Assembly: GCA_963796285.1 (NCBI GenBank)
Contig: CAWCKW010000013.1
Location: 160,001-224,000 of the forward strand
Length of the DNA: 64,000 nucleotides
Source of the DNA: Nitrospirota bacterium
GTDB lineage: Bacteria > Nitrospirota > UBA9217
Direction: 5' to 3'
Shown: positions 10,617-19,836 of the stretch, in pieces
Layout: the number at the start of each line of letters is the position of its first letter
Numbering within the stretch: the stretch's first letter is position 1
Made by a program: the position numbers and the translations under genes
The notes under the pieces: model-generated
Database searches by the model: none
Seen by the model: only the letters and a program-made list of their open reading frames with translations
Told to the model about the DNA's origin: nothing

Positions 10617-11301
10617 TCACGGCCTGAAAAATCCCTTATAAAACTTCATGGCTCTCTCTTGGTACGCGTTGAATATTCTTTTCGATTCCGCTGTAATGGT
10701 AGCAACATCGACCCCCTGCTCCTGTGCCAACCAGTCCCGGACGATAGCGGGAGTTACTTCGATATGGAACTGGAGCGCATACACCCGGTCGGTATACCGG
10801 AATGCCTGGTTCGGGAAGAGGTCGGACGATCGCGAGACGCACCGCACCGCGCGGCAGGTCAAAGGTGTCCCCGTGCCACTGGAACACCTGTGCGGCATTC
10901 CTGTCGGGAAGGGTAAGGGCGGACATGAGATGGTCTCTCGTCCCGTCAGGGCTCAGCGCCACCTCGTACCAGCCGATCTCTTTCTGCTGTCCGGGATAGA
11001 CCTTTGCACCCAGCACATGCGCCACCATCTGCGCGCCAAGACATACGCCGAGTACATGTTTGTTCGCCTTGATCGAGCGATCGATGAACAGCGCCTCGTT
11101 GACGAGATAGGGATGTTGCTGCATCTCATACACCGCCATGGGGCCGCCCATGACGAGGAGGTGGGTGAAGGAATCAAGATCAGGCACTGCATCACCTGTG
11201 CTCATTTCGCAAATGGAATAGGGTATCTTTTCGGAATTGAGAAAATCAGCAATCGTGCCGGGTCCTTCGGAGAAAACATTTTTTATAATAAGAACATGCA
11301 T
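10617..11301 (-). CDS. Type 1 glutamine amidotransferase domain protein, one frameshift near 10830
   Basis: MGGPM, LGVCLGAQ, QWHGD; the other frame continues SSDLFPNQAF..LQFHIE. Confidence 0.85.
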
Positions 11302-11310
11302 GCAAAACCC

Positions 11311-11478
11311 CTATGCGTTCTTCGTAAAAAACAGGAACGCCATCGTCGGCCGTTTGGACGCAGCTGAAGTGACAAACTGGATACTCTCGAAGACATACCC
11401 CTTTGCCGTCCACTCGTTCAGGGTCCGCTCGATCTCTTCATCGGTCACTGTACTGATTTCAACGACCTTGTAATTCAT
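11311..11478 (-). CDS. Small DUF4177-like protein
   Basis: MNYKVVEISTVTDEEIERTLNEWTAKGYVFESI fits the YKVV...LNE..GW/Y pattern. Confidence 0.7.
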   Translation of the reverse strand: MNYKVVEISTVTDEEIERTLNEWTAKGYVFESIQFVTSAASKRPTMAFLFFTKNA

Positions 11479-11484
11479 GGCTGC

Positions 11485-11513
11485 ATTATAAGAAAGCATG
11501 CATCATTTTTCAA
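11485..11513 (-). promoter_or_regulatory. Sigma70 promoter, leaderless geometry
   Basis: TTGAAA-17-TATAAT-6 nt-ATG(11478). Confidence 0.6.
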
Positions 11514-11544
11514 TATTTTTTCGATGAACGCGAAAAATTTCCTG

Positions 11545-11573
11545 TTGCTATTCATGGTCAGAGTCAATATAAT
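11545..11573 (+). promoter_or_regulatory. Sigma70 promoter, leaderless geometry
   Basis: TTGCTA-17-TATAAT-6 nt-ATG(11580). Confidence 0.6.
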
Positions 11574-11579
11574 CTGCCC

Positions 11580-12768
11580 ATGCTGAAACAGAAAAAAGGG
11601 ACGCGCACCGGCCTTGATCTCATCGACACGCTCTGGCCCGGTGACCTCAGGGGCGCGCGCGTCGGGCTTGTGGTGCATCCCGCCTCGGTCAACAGCAGAC
11701 TGGAGCACGCAATCACCGTCTGCATGCGATCGAGGAAGTTCAAGCTCGCCGCGCTTTTCGGACCCCAGCACGGCATCCTCGGTCAGACGCAGGACAACAT
11801 GGTCGAGTGGGAAGGTTTCCGCGACCCCGGTACGGGCCTGCCGGCATACAGCCTTTACGGAAAAACGCGCAAACCCCGGTCAGAGATGCTCGCTCAATAT
11901 TGATGCGCTTGTGATCGACCTGCAGGACGCGGGCAGCCGCTACTATACCTTCATCTGGACGCTGGAGCTCTGCATGCAGGCCTGCCGTGAGGCAGGCAAA
12001 ACGATCATCGTGCTCGACCGTCCGAATCCCCTTGCCGGCCATGTCACCGAAGGACCGGTGCTCGACCCCAAATTCGCATCGTTCGTTGGGCTGCGGCCAA
12101 TGCCGGTGCGGCATGGCATGACCATCGGCGAAGTGGGCGCATACCTTCGCGACACCTTCTCTCCCGATCTCGATTATCGCGTCATCCCGATGCAGGGATG
12201 GAAGCGAAAGATGTGGTTCGATCAGACGCGACTGCCCTGGGTCATGCCGTCTCCCAATATGCCGACACTCGATACTGCGCTCGTCTATCCCGGCATGTGC
12301 CTGTTCGAGGCCACGAATATCTCGGAAGGCCGCGGAACGACACGGCCGTTCGAACTCTTCGGCTCCCCGTTCATCCATCCGGCAACTCTGGTGGCCGTGC
12401 TCAAGGAATTCAAGCTTCCCGGCGTGCTGTTCCGGCCGCTCTCGTTCCAGCCCACGTTCCAGAAGCATGCGGGCCGGCTCTGCGGAGGCGCGCAGGTCCA
12501 TGTTTTGGACCGCGAGAAGTTCAAGCCGTTCAAGACCGGCGTGGCGATCCTAAAAGCGATCCACAACACCTACCCGCGGGATTTCGCGTGGAACCAGCCG
12601 CCTTACGAGTACGAGGAGGTCAACCTCCCGATCGACATCCTTGCAGGCTCCAGTCGGCTGCGAAAGGACATCGAATCATGGAAAGACCTCGATGAAATGG
12701 AAAAATGGTGGAAAAAAGAGGCGAAGGCGTTTGATAAGGTAAGAAGGAAATTCCTGATATACGAATAA
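11580..12768 (+). CDS. namZ: Exo-beta-N-acetylmuramidase NamZ/YbbC family (DUF1343), one frameshift near 11895
   Basis: LFGPQHG, SLYG, DLQDAGSRYYTF, LDRPNP, PSPNMP and SEGRGTTRPFE motifs. Confidence 0.85.
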
Positions 12769-12770
12769 TA

Positions 12771-12876
12771 GTCTCGCAGATACGCAGAGGATTGCGTGGT
12801 AATGCATTGGGTTTTAACACCAAAAAAAGAATTTGATGTTGCCGTTCTCTGCGCCCCCTGCGCCTCTGCGAGAGAC
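12771..12876. repeat. Periodic inverted-repeat element (CGCAGAG/CTCTGCG units)
   Basis: gtctcgcagatacgcagagg ... ttctctgcgccccctgcgcctctgcgagagac. Confidence 0.7.
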
Positions 12877-12886
12877 AGCTTCTAGC

Positions 12887-13957
12887 ATGCCCAAATTCCC
12901 GATCAACATATTCCTCCCCGCAGCCGGACTCGGCGAGCGGCTCAGGCCGATCACGAACCACCTGCCCAAACCGCTGCTGCCAGTCCTCGGCAAGCCGCTG
13001 ATCGAGATCATCCTCGAACGCGTTACGGCCGTCTGCGATGGGAAAATCGGCATCAACCTCCATTACAAACCAGAGCTTCTGCGAAACTGGGCACAGGCAT
13101 CCGCTTACACTGACCGCATCCGGTTCTTCCCCGAAGACCCGATCCTCGGTACTGGCGGCGCGCTCAAGAACGCCGCAGAGCTCCTGTCAACCGGCCCATT
13201 CCTGGTGCACAACTCGGACATTCTTCTCGATATCGACTTTGAACGCGTGATCGATGCCCATCTCACATCAGGAAACATCGCCACACTCGTGACGCATAAA
13301 CATCCGAAGTACAGCAACGTGGTGGTGGATGAACATGACCTTCTGCTTGACGTAGAAAATCCAGGGGATTCCCGACCAGACCCGAACACCGTTGCCGGAA
13401 AAGTCGCTTACACGGGCATTGCCGTCTATTCTCCGGATATCCTAAAATTCCTGCCTCCCGGCGTGTCCCACATGACCGTGGCCTGGGTCGCAGCCGCGAA
13501 AGCCGGGCATCGGGTACAGGCGCTCGACGTTACCGGTGCTTATTGGAATGACATCGGCACGCCGGCATCGTATGCCGCGGGCGTGTTCGATGCCTTGAGG
13601 GAAAACGGGGAAACCGTTTATCTGTCCCCGACTGCTGAATGCGGAAAGATCGGCATAGACGGCTATATCGTGATCGAATCGGGAAGCGAGGTCCAGGACG
13701 GGGCGCGGCTCCGAAACTGCATCGTGATGTCCGATGCGCGGGTCTCAGGCAGACACGAAAACCGCATCATCGGTCCGGACTATGCCATCGATCTCAAGGA
13801 AACAGAGATGCAGCCATCGCTCCACAGCCGGGAGCAAAAGAAGGTCGCGCTGAACGACCCGCTGTTTGCCGCTTACTTCGGTTTGAACGAGCAGGCAGTC
13901 AATGCCGGCGAGGACAGAGTTGGCGGATGCGGCCCTGATCGGCCTCGGCGGCTCTGA
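12887..13957 (+). CDS. Sugar-phosphate nucleotidyltransferase (MurU-like) with a short beta-helix region
   Basis: AAGLGERLRPITNHLPKPLLPV, EDPILGTGG, NSD and WNDIGTP motifs. Confidence 0.85.
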   Translation: MPKFPINIFLPAAGLGERLRPITNHLPKPLLPVLGKPLIEIILERVTAVCDGKIGINLHYKPELLRNWAQASAYTDRIRFFPEDPILGTGGALKNAAELLSTGPFLVHNSDILLDIDFERVIDAHLTSGNIATLVTHKHPKYSNVVVDEHDLLLDVENPGDSRPDPNTVAGKVAYTGIAVYSPDILKFLPPGVSHMTVAWVAAAKAGHRVQALDVTGAYWNDIGTPASYAAGVFDALRENGETVYLSPTAECGKIGIDGYIVIESGSEVQDGARLRNCIVMSDARVSGRHENRIIGPDYAIDLKETEMQPSLHSREQKKVALNDPLFAAYFGLNEQAVNAGEDRVGGCGPDRPRRL

Positions 13958-14855
13958 CAGGCGTTACTTCCGCGTGCGGAATGACGGAAAAACGGCGGTG
14001 CTCATGGAGTGCAGGCCCGACGATCCGGATTACGAACGCCACCTCATCTATACCCGATTCCTCGAGGCCCATTCCGTCCCGGTGCCGGGACTCATTGCCT
14101 TCGTCGATGATGAGAAACGCGCCCTCTTCGAAGACCTCGGCGACACCAGTCTCTACTCATACCTGAAGCTTCCCCATGACAACGGACATATCGAGGACAT
14201 TTATCGAAGCGTGCTCGATATCCTGGTCATGCTCCACAGCCGGGTCACCCAGCATATCCATGAATGTCCCCTGCTCCGGGACCGCGTCTTTGGTTATGAC
14301 TATCTGAGATGGGAAACAAGCTATTTTCTCGATCGGTTCGTTACCGGACTCCAAAAGGTAGTGCCGAAGAACAGGCCGGCGCTGGAGCAGGAATTTCATA
14401 GCCTCGCGCAGAAGGTTGACACCTATCCCAAGGGAGTGATCCATCGAGACTTCCAATGCCAGAACATCATGATCACACCCGGCGGTATTCCCCGGGTCAT
14501 CGATTTTCAGGGCGCGAGAATGGCTCCTGCTGCATACGATGTCGCCTCGATCCTCTGGGACCCCTACCACCGGCTCGACGATGGTGTTCGTGAACATTTG
14601 ATCGATTATTACGTGGGTGAGATGAAGCGGAATTCAGCGGACTTTCAGGAGGCATTATTCAGAGAGAGCCTTATCCCCTGCCGCCTGCAGCGCCATATGC
14701 AGGCACTCGGCGCATACGGATTTCTGTCCGTTGTGAAAGGGAAGAAGTATTTCCTCAAGTACATCCCCGAAGCGCTCAGACTGCTTAAGGAAGAAACAAC
14801 TGCAACAAAAAACGACTACCCGGAACTCTACAAACTCGTCCAAGGCTTGTCGTAA
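13902..14855 (+). CDS. APH-family phosphotransferase (AmgK-like anomeric MurNAc/GlcNAc kinase), possibly the 3' half of a fusion
   Basis: GGSDRRYFR, EDLGD, IHRDFQCQNIM, IDFQGA, YDVASIL and QRHMQALG motifs. Confidence 0.85.
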   Translation: MPARTELADAALIGLGGSDRRYFRVRNDGKTAVLMECRPDDPDYERHLIYTRFLEAHSVPVPGLIAFVDDEKRALFEDLGDTSLYSYLKLPHDNGHIEDIYRSVLDILVMLHSRVTQHIHECPLLRDRVFGYDYLRWETSYFLDRFVTGLQKVVPKNRPALEQEFHSLAQKVDTYPKGVIHRDFQCQNIMITPGGIPRVIDFQGARMAPAAYDVASILWDPYHRLDDGVREHLIDYYVGEMKRNSADFQEALFRESLIPCRLQRHMQALGAYGFLSVVKGKKYFLKYIPEALRLLKEETTATKNDYPELYKLVQGLS

Positions 14856-14857
14856 AT

Positions 14858-15094
14858 TTACAACGCGCCTTTTGCCTTCAATGCCTTCTCAATTGCGGCG
14901 ATCTGCTCGTTATGCCGTTTGCAATCTTCCTCGTATTCAGCCGCCATATTCTGAGCCTTCTCCGCGCCGATGTGCACCGAGGTCTTGCCGAAGGTGAACG
15001 AGTGCAGGTCCTCAATGTCACAAAGGTTGTCCTTGAGCCGTTTGAGCTCGGCCTTGAGTTCATCGATTGACATGTCTTCGTATTTCTTAGCCAT
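14858..15094 (-). CDS. Small coiled-coil hypothetical protein (78 aa)
   Basis: GGGGG RBS upstream of the ATG; codon usage resembles neighbours; helical heptads. Confidence 0.7.
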   Translation of the reverse strand: MAKKYEDMSIDELKAELKRLKDNLCDIEDLHSFTFGKTSVHIGAEKAQNMAAEYEEDCKRHNEQIAAIEKALKAKGAL

Positions 15095-15121
15095 AAGAAT
15101 CAACCCCCAAAAAAATTTTAG

Positions 15122-15205
15122 TTTACCGCTGAGACACAGAGAACGCAGAGAAAATCCTTACTATTTAAAAGTGCATTCTCCGTGTCTCTGCGTCTCTGCG
15201 GTAAA
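15122..15205. repeat. Periodic inverted-repeat element (CAGAG/CTCTG units)
   Basis: tttaccgctgagacacagagaacgcagagaa ... ttctccgtgtctctgcgtctctgcggtaaa. Confidence 0.8.
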
Positions 15206-15215
15206 TTATGACTTT

Positions 15216-16640
15216 TTACGAGTTTATCAAGCTTTTAAGATATTCAATCGCTGCCTGTCGATCCTTCAGCGCGCCCGCAGCCTGTTTTTCTTTGATCTCT
15301 TCCAGGATCTCCCGGAACTTCGGCCCCGGCTTTAAACCACGATCGATCAGGTCCCGCCCGGTCACGAGCGGCCTGGCCTCGACCTTCAGGAACTTTGTAA
15401 AGTAGTAATCCAGCACCAGTGCCATAGGCTGCGTCGTGTCTGTAAACTTCTCCTTCGGCATGATCTCGAAGGTCGCGCGCGCGTCCGCCTGTGCGAGGAC
15501 CAGGCTTTCCGGCAGGCAGTCTCCGAGGTCCCGGCAGTAGCGGTACATGGCATTCTTGCTCGGCCCGCCCGGAGTGGACAGATTGAACAACCGCATGTGC
15601 TGTTTGATGACCTTCGTGACCGCCTTCTCCGTGTCTCGCGACAGCCGGAATCGTTTGCAGATAGATGCCGCCTTTTCAGCACCGAGATTATCGTGTCCGT
15701 GGAAACGAATATGGTCATCGGCCTTGCTGAAGGTCTCGGGCTTTGCATTATCATGGACCAGGCAGGCGAACCGGAGAGCTGCCTTGCGAGGGACATGCTG
15801 TTCAAGGTCCTTCTCAAGGTGTGCGCGGACCGTCTCGCCATGGTCAGGCGATATGGTCAGCAGATCGTCAAGCACGCTATCTATATAACCGGCGGTCTTG
15901 ATGGAATGGGTCAGTACATCGTGAACGTGATACCTGCCTGGTGCGAACCCGCGAAGAGGTTCGAGCTCTGGGAACAGCGGTGTAAGCAAACCAAGGGAAT
16001 CCATAAGCATGAGGTGCTTTTCGGCATTTCGCTCTGAGAGGATCAAAAAGAGTTCGTCCCGCACACGTTCAGGGGAGGGCTTGCTGATGAGCTTTGAACG
16101 TTTCCGGATCTGCTGTGCAGAGTCATCTTCTATGGTGAATCCCAGTGTTGCCGCGAACCTCACCGCGCGCAAAAGCCTGAGCGGGTCTTCATCTAGCACC
16201 GCGGGTTTCGTCACGCGTATCAGTTTATTCCGTACGTCTTCCCTCCCATGAAACAAGTCGATCAGACCGTCGAAGGTTCTCTTCCGGATGAATTCCCGTA
16301 AATCCAACGCCATGGCATTGATGGTAAAATCACGACGTCCGAGATCGGCAGCAAGATCAGTTCCTTCGAAGTTCGTGAAGTCGAACTGAATGACATCATG
16401 GTCTGCCTGCTTGACCACGCGTGTGATCTTCCGTTCTTCATCGAGAAAGAAAAAGCTTGCGCCGATCACCTCGGCAAATCTGCGCGCCACATTCTCCGAG
16501 CCAGAGGCAATGAGGAGGTCAATGTCCTTGATCTCCTGCTTACCGATCAGCAGGTCACGGACTGAACCACCTACGAGGTAGATCTTTTGCGGGGTGAGAG
16601 AAGGAAGGTCTGAAAGATATGTTCCGAAAGGAGCATTCAT
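15216..16640 (-). CDS. tRNA nucleotidyltransferase (class II, HD domain), probably CC-adding type
   Basis: LVGGSVRD, DIDL, DLGRRDFTINAM, EDPLRLLRAVRF, SPERVRDEL, HD motif LVHDNAK and GLKPGP. Confidence 0.88.
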   Translation of the reverse strand: MNAPFGTYLSDLPSLTPQKIYLVGGSVRDLLIGKQEIKDIDLLIASGSENVARRFAEVIGASFFFLDEERKITRVVKQADHDVIQFDFTNFEGTDLAADLGRRDFTINAMALDLREFIRKRTFDGLIDLFHGREDVRNKLIRVTKPAVLDEDPLRLLRAVRFAATLGFTIEDDSAQQIRKRSKLISKPSPERVRDELFLILSERNAEKHLMLMDSLGLLTPLFPELEPLRGFAPGRYHVHDVLTHSIKTAGYIDSVLDDLLTISPDHGETVRAHLEKDLEQHVPRKAALRFACLVHDNAKPETFSKADDHIRFHGHDNLGAEKAASICKRFRLSRDTEKAVTKVIKQHMRLFNLSTPGGPSKNAMYRYCRDLGDCLPESLVLAQADARATFEIMPKEKFTDTTQPMALVLDYYFTKFLKVEARPLVTGRDLIDRGLKPGPKFREILEEIKEKQAAGALKDRQAAIEYLKSLINS

Positions 16641-16677
16641 GGCTGAAGATAATTATACATGATGACGGGGCTGCGCG

Positions 16678-17370
16678 TCACGCATCTGATGTCTTTTCTG
16701 CGACATCCTCACCGGTGACCTTCCTGATCTGCTTCAACCGTTTCCGCCGCTCTTCCCGGGTAACATACCAGTCCTCAATGAGCGTCTCGATCAGACCGAT
16801 CAACAGCTCTGCCTCGCCGGGCTCCGTGTCCAGGATTTCAGCGCCATCGCTCTCCATGCGGGTCCCGGTCATTCCGCTCTTCCTGATGGACTCGATGGCC
16901 TCCCAGGTAAGGGGGTCTACCGTGCCTTTGATCTGACGGAACTCATCGTTCAGACTGCCGGGCTGGACTTGCCAGTAATCCCGTATCATCGCCGAGAGAC
17001 AGCGCCGTGACAGGGCCGCTGCGACCTTTGGGCTGAGCTCGATCGTGAGACAGGCCTCCTGGTAGTCTTGCAGAACATGCTGAGGAATGGCAACAGAAAA
17101 GGACCGGGCATGCGACGGCGGGACAAGGTTCCATGTCTTGAGGTGCTTTCCCGTGTAGGATCGGTTTCCGCTGACTTCCAGGCCGTGAAGAGAAGCGCTC
17201 AGTGAGAATTTTCCACACTCGGGATTGGGGCACACTACAAACTTGCTCACCAGACGGCGGGGGCCATCTGCGTTCGGCAGGGTGAGGTCGGCGAAGGCCA
17301 CTTGCCGTCCCTCTTCGGTCACGGTCTGCTCCCTGTTGCAGTAGGGGCAGTACCAGAGATATTCGCTCAT
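16678..17370 (-). CDS. DUF4145 (HEPN-like) domain protein with N-terminal zinc ribbon
   Basis: CPYC...CPNPEC; IPQHVLQDYQEA..SPKVAAALSRRCL..MIRDYW; GGAGG RBS. Confidence 0.75.
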   Translation of the reverse strand: MSEYLWYCPYCNREQTVTEEGRQVAFADLTLPNADGPRRLVSKFVVCPNPECGKFSLSASLHGLEVSGNRSYTGKHLKTWNLVPPSHARSFSVAIPQHVLQDYQEACLTIELSPKVAAALSRRCLSAMIRDYWQVQPGSLNDEFRQIKGTVDPLTWEAIESIRKSGMTGTRMESDGAEILDTEPGEAELLIGLIETLIEDWYVTREERRKRLKQIRKVTGEDVAEKTSDA

Positions 17371-17400
17371 GTTTCCCTCCTTGAGCCTGGACCACTCATC

Positions 17401-18099
17401 TCATATTTCAGATAGTCTTTTTGTTGCCCTCGCTATTTCCGCAAGGACTGATAGCGCATGCTCTTCCAATCCTTGTTCTCTGATCCTGTCCCTGTTCGTT
17501 TCAAAATACGCATTAAGGCCCTCAATTTTTTTCAGCAACTCTTCTCTTATACTTTTAATCTCTTTATCATCGCTATGTTTTTTAAAGTAGGCAGTATGTA
17601 ACGCCGACATGGCCTTGATTAATTCACTTGTTGCCGACTCAAGCATTGTCTTATTCTTCGGTCTTTCCCCCTGGCAGCATTGCATCATTGCTTCGATTGC
17701 ATCCAGGCACTCGGTGAATAGGGTCTTTGCCTGATTTCTCATGCTTTTTCGTTCGAGATACTCCATGTTGTCTGCAATATAATCCTCATTATTTTCTTTT
17801 TGTGCCGCCTCTTTATTTATATTGATCTTTTCTGTCAACTGCCCCATCTTTTTCTTTATATCTTCCCTGATCCTGATGGCCGCTTCCGCATATTCGCCTT
17901 GAGCGATGATAGCGTCTAATTGTGCAGAAACAACCTTGACCTGTTTTACTATTTCCTGATAGCGGGCCAGCTTAGGATAGTTTTCTCTATTTTCAGCGTC
18001 TATTATGGTACTAATTGCCGATGCTTCGGCGGGTATTCTAAAAGGTGTCTTTTCCCCCCCGACTTTTTTTCCAAAGCCAAAGATATCTGCAATGCCCAT
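17401..18099 (-). CDS. Hypothetical all-alpha/coiled-coil protein, AT-rich
   Basis: About 232-aa ORF filling the gap between aroB and the DUF4145 gene; no motif recognised. Confidence 0.7.
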   Translation of the reverse strand: MGIADIFGFGKKVGGEKTPFRIPAEASAISTIIDAENRENYPKLARYQEIVKQVKVVSAQLDAIIAQGEYAEAAIRIREDIKKKMGQLTEKININKEAAQKENNEDYIADNMEYLERKSMRNQAKTLFTECLDAIEAMMQCCQGERPKNKTMLESATSELIKAMSALHTAYFKKHSDDKEIKSIREELLKKIEGLNAYFETNRDRIREQGLEEHALSVLAEIARATKRLSEI

Positions 18100-18132
18100 A
18101 TCCACCCATCCTATTCCAACAGACTACCGTAA

Positions 18133-19215
18133 TTACCTCTCCAGCAGGCCCCTCAGCAAACCTTCATCCCACTCCTTCGTGATGACAACCTCTCCGATCT
18201 TCATCGGCAGAACAAGCTTCACTTTGCCGCCCTCAGCCTTCTTGTCGATCTGCATCGTGTCCGTTAATTCTGCAACGGAGGGCCTTCGACTGAGGGTGTT
18301 GAAGTCGGCAGGCAGGCCGTAGGACGTGATAAGTTTCTCCACGCGCCCCGGGACCGAGGCATCGCACAAGCCCGTCTTGTGCGCGAGGCGCGAGGCGTAG
18401 ACCATGCCGATGGCGACGGCATGGCCGTGGCGCATGGTATAATTTTCAGCCTTCTCGATGGCATGCCCGACCGTGTGGCCATAATTCAGGATCGCGCGGA
18501 GACCGCCCTCCCGTTCGTCCCTGCTCACGACCTCGGCCTTAATCTCACAGGAGCGCCGAATGACGTGCTCCAGCGCATCGGGATCGAGCGCGAGGATCTT
18601 TTCCCGGTTCTTGTCGAGGTATTCGAAGAACGCTGCGTCCCGGATCACGCCGTACTTGATCACCTCCGCCATGCCCGAGAGGAACTCTTCTTTCGGCAGG
18701 GACGCGAGCACGCTCAGATCCATTAAAACCTTCCTCGGCTGATGGAACGCGCCGATCATGTTCTTGGCCATGGGATGGTTCACCCCTGTCTTGCCGCCCA
18801 CGCTGCTGTCCACCATCGCGAGGAGCGTGGTCGGGACCTGCACAAAAGGTACGCCCCGCATGAACGTCGCAGCAGCGAAACCCGTGAGGTCGCCGATCAC
18901 ACCGCCTCCGAGCGCAACCAGCGCGGACGTACGGTCAAAGGCATTGGTCAGGAGCGCCGTATAAATGGCGTTGGCCCAGTCAAGGTTCTTATACTGCTCG
19001 CCATCGGGGACCTCGATGGACATGACCATGAACCCAGCAGCCTTGAGACTGTCCACCACGCGACGGCCATAAAGCTGCTTGACCGTCGGGTTCGTGACAA
19101 GGGCCATCTTCCGGCCGAAGCCGAGGCCCGTCAAGCGCTCGCCCGTTTTCTCCAGTCTTGCGCCGATCTCGATATCGTAGCTCCGGTCGCCAAGACTCAC
19201 CTTAACAGTATGCAT
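18133..19215 (-). CDS. aroB: 3-dehydroquinate synthase
   Basis: DGEQYK, LGGGVIGDL, PTTLLAMVDSSVGGKTGVN and LNYGHTVGHAIE motifs. Confidence 0.97.
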   Translation of the reverse strand: MHTVKVSLGDRSYDIEIGARLEKTGERLTGLGFGRKMALVTNPTVKQLYGRRVVDSLKAAGFMVMSIEVPDGEQYKNLDWANAIYTALLTNAFDRTSALVALGGGVIGDLTGFAAATFMRGVPFVQVPTTLLAMVDSSVGGKTGVNHPMAKNMIGAFHQPRKVLMDLSVLASLPKEEFLSGMAEVIKYGVIRDAAFFEYLDKNREKILALDPDALEHVIRRSCEIKAEVVSRDEREGGLRAILNYGHTVGHAIEKAENYTMRHGHAVAIGMVYASRLAHKTGLCDASVPGRVEKLITSYGLPADFNTLSRRPSVAELTDTMQIDKKAEGGKVKLVLPMKIGEVVITKEWDEGLLRGLLER

Positions 19216-19717
19216 GTCTGATTCTCTCTTTGATCGCTTTGATGACGTCGCTGACGGATTTTTCGGAAGTGTCAATGCAGGCATCGGCCTGGGCATAGAA
19301 CCGCGCGCGGCTGTCGAGCAGTTCTTTGATCTTCGCTTTCGGGTCCGCGGTCTGGAGCAGGGGCCGGTGGGTCTCGTGCCTGACGCGCTCGTAGATAACC
19401 TCAGGGCTCGCGGTGAGGCAGACTACGAACCCGCCCTTTTTGAAGGCCCCGCGGTTACGGTCCTGGATCACGGCGCCGCCGCCGGTGGAAACCACCTGGC
19501 CCTCGCCCATCATGACCTGCCCGATGATCCTTGCCTCGACCTCGCGAAAGTGGGGTTCGCCGAATTTTGAAAAGATGGAGGTGATCGACAAATTCTGGTC
19601 GGCTTCGATAAGTTTGTCAACGTCCACAAAGGTGAATCCCAGATCCTTTGCGAGCTGCGTGCCCACGCACGTCTTACCTACGCCCATGAAGCCGGTGAGA
19701 ATGATGTTTTTGAACAT
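19202..19717 (-). CDS. aroK: Shikimate kinase
   Basis: GFMGVGKT P-loop, GEPHFR, STGGG and RPLL. Confidence 0.96.
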   Translation of the reverse strand: MFKNIILTGFMGVGKTCVGTQLAKDLGFTFVDVDKLIEADQNLSITSIFSKFGEPHFREVEARIIGQVMMGEGQVVSTGGGAVIQDRNRGAFKKGGFVVCLTASPEVIYERVRHETHRPLLQTADPKAKIKELLDSRARFYAQADACIDTSEKSVSDVIKAIKERIRHAYC

Positions 19718-19836
19718 AGTTCTTTACAAATCAATTCCATATACAAAATATTTTATGATGCGGGAAGCTGTCGGTCGCTTCTCTATTATACAATTATTAG
19801 GACGTTGAGCGTTGATATTTGTTCTTTCCCGGAGAA

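Noticed and set aside
12833-12886. N-terminal extensions predicted by the ORF track here and for mqnB (21740) and folD (28663)
   Set aside because: They are translations of repeat arms; the real starts are downstream at 12887, 21809 and 28693.
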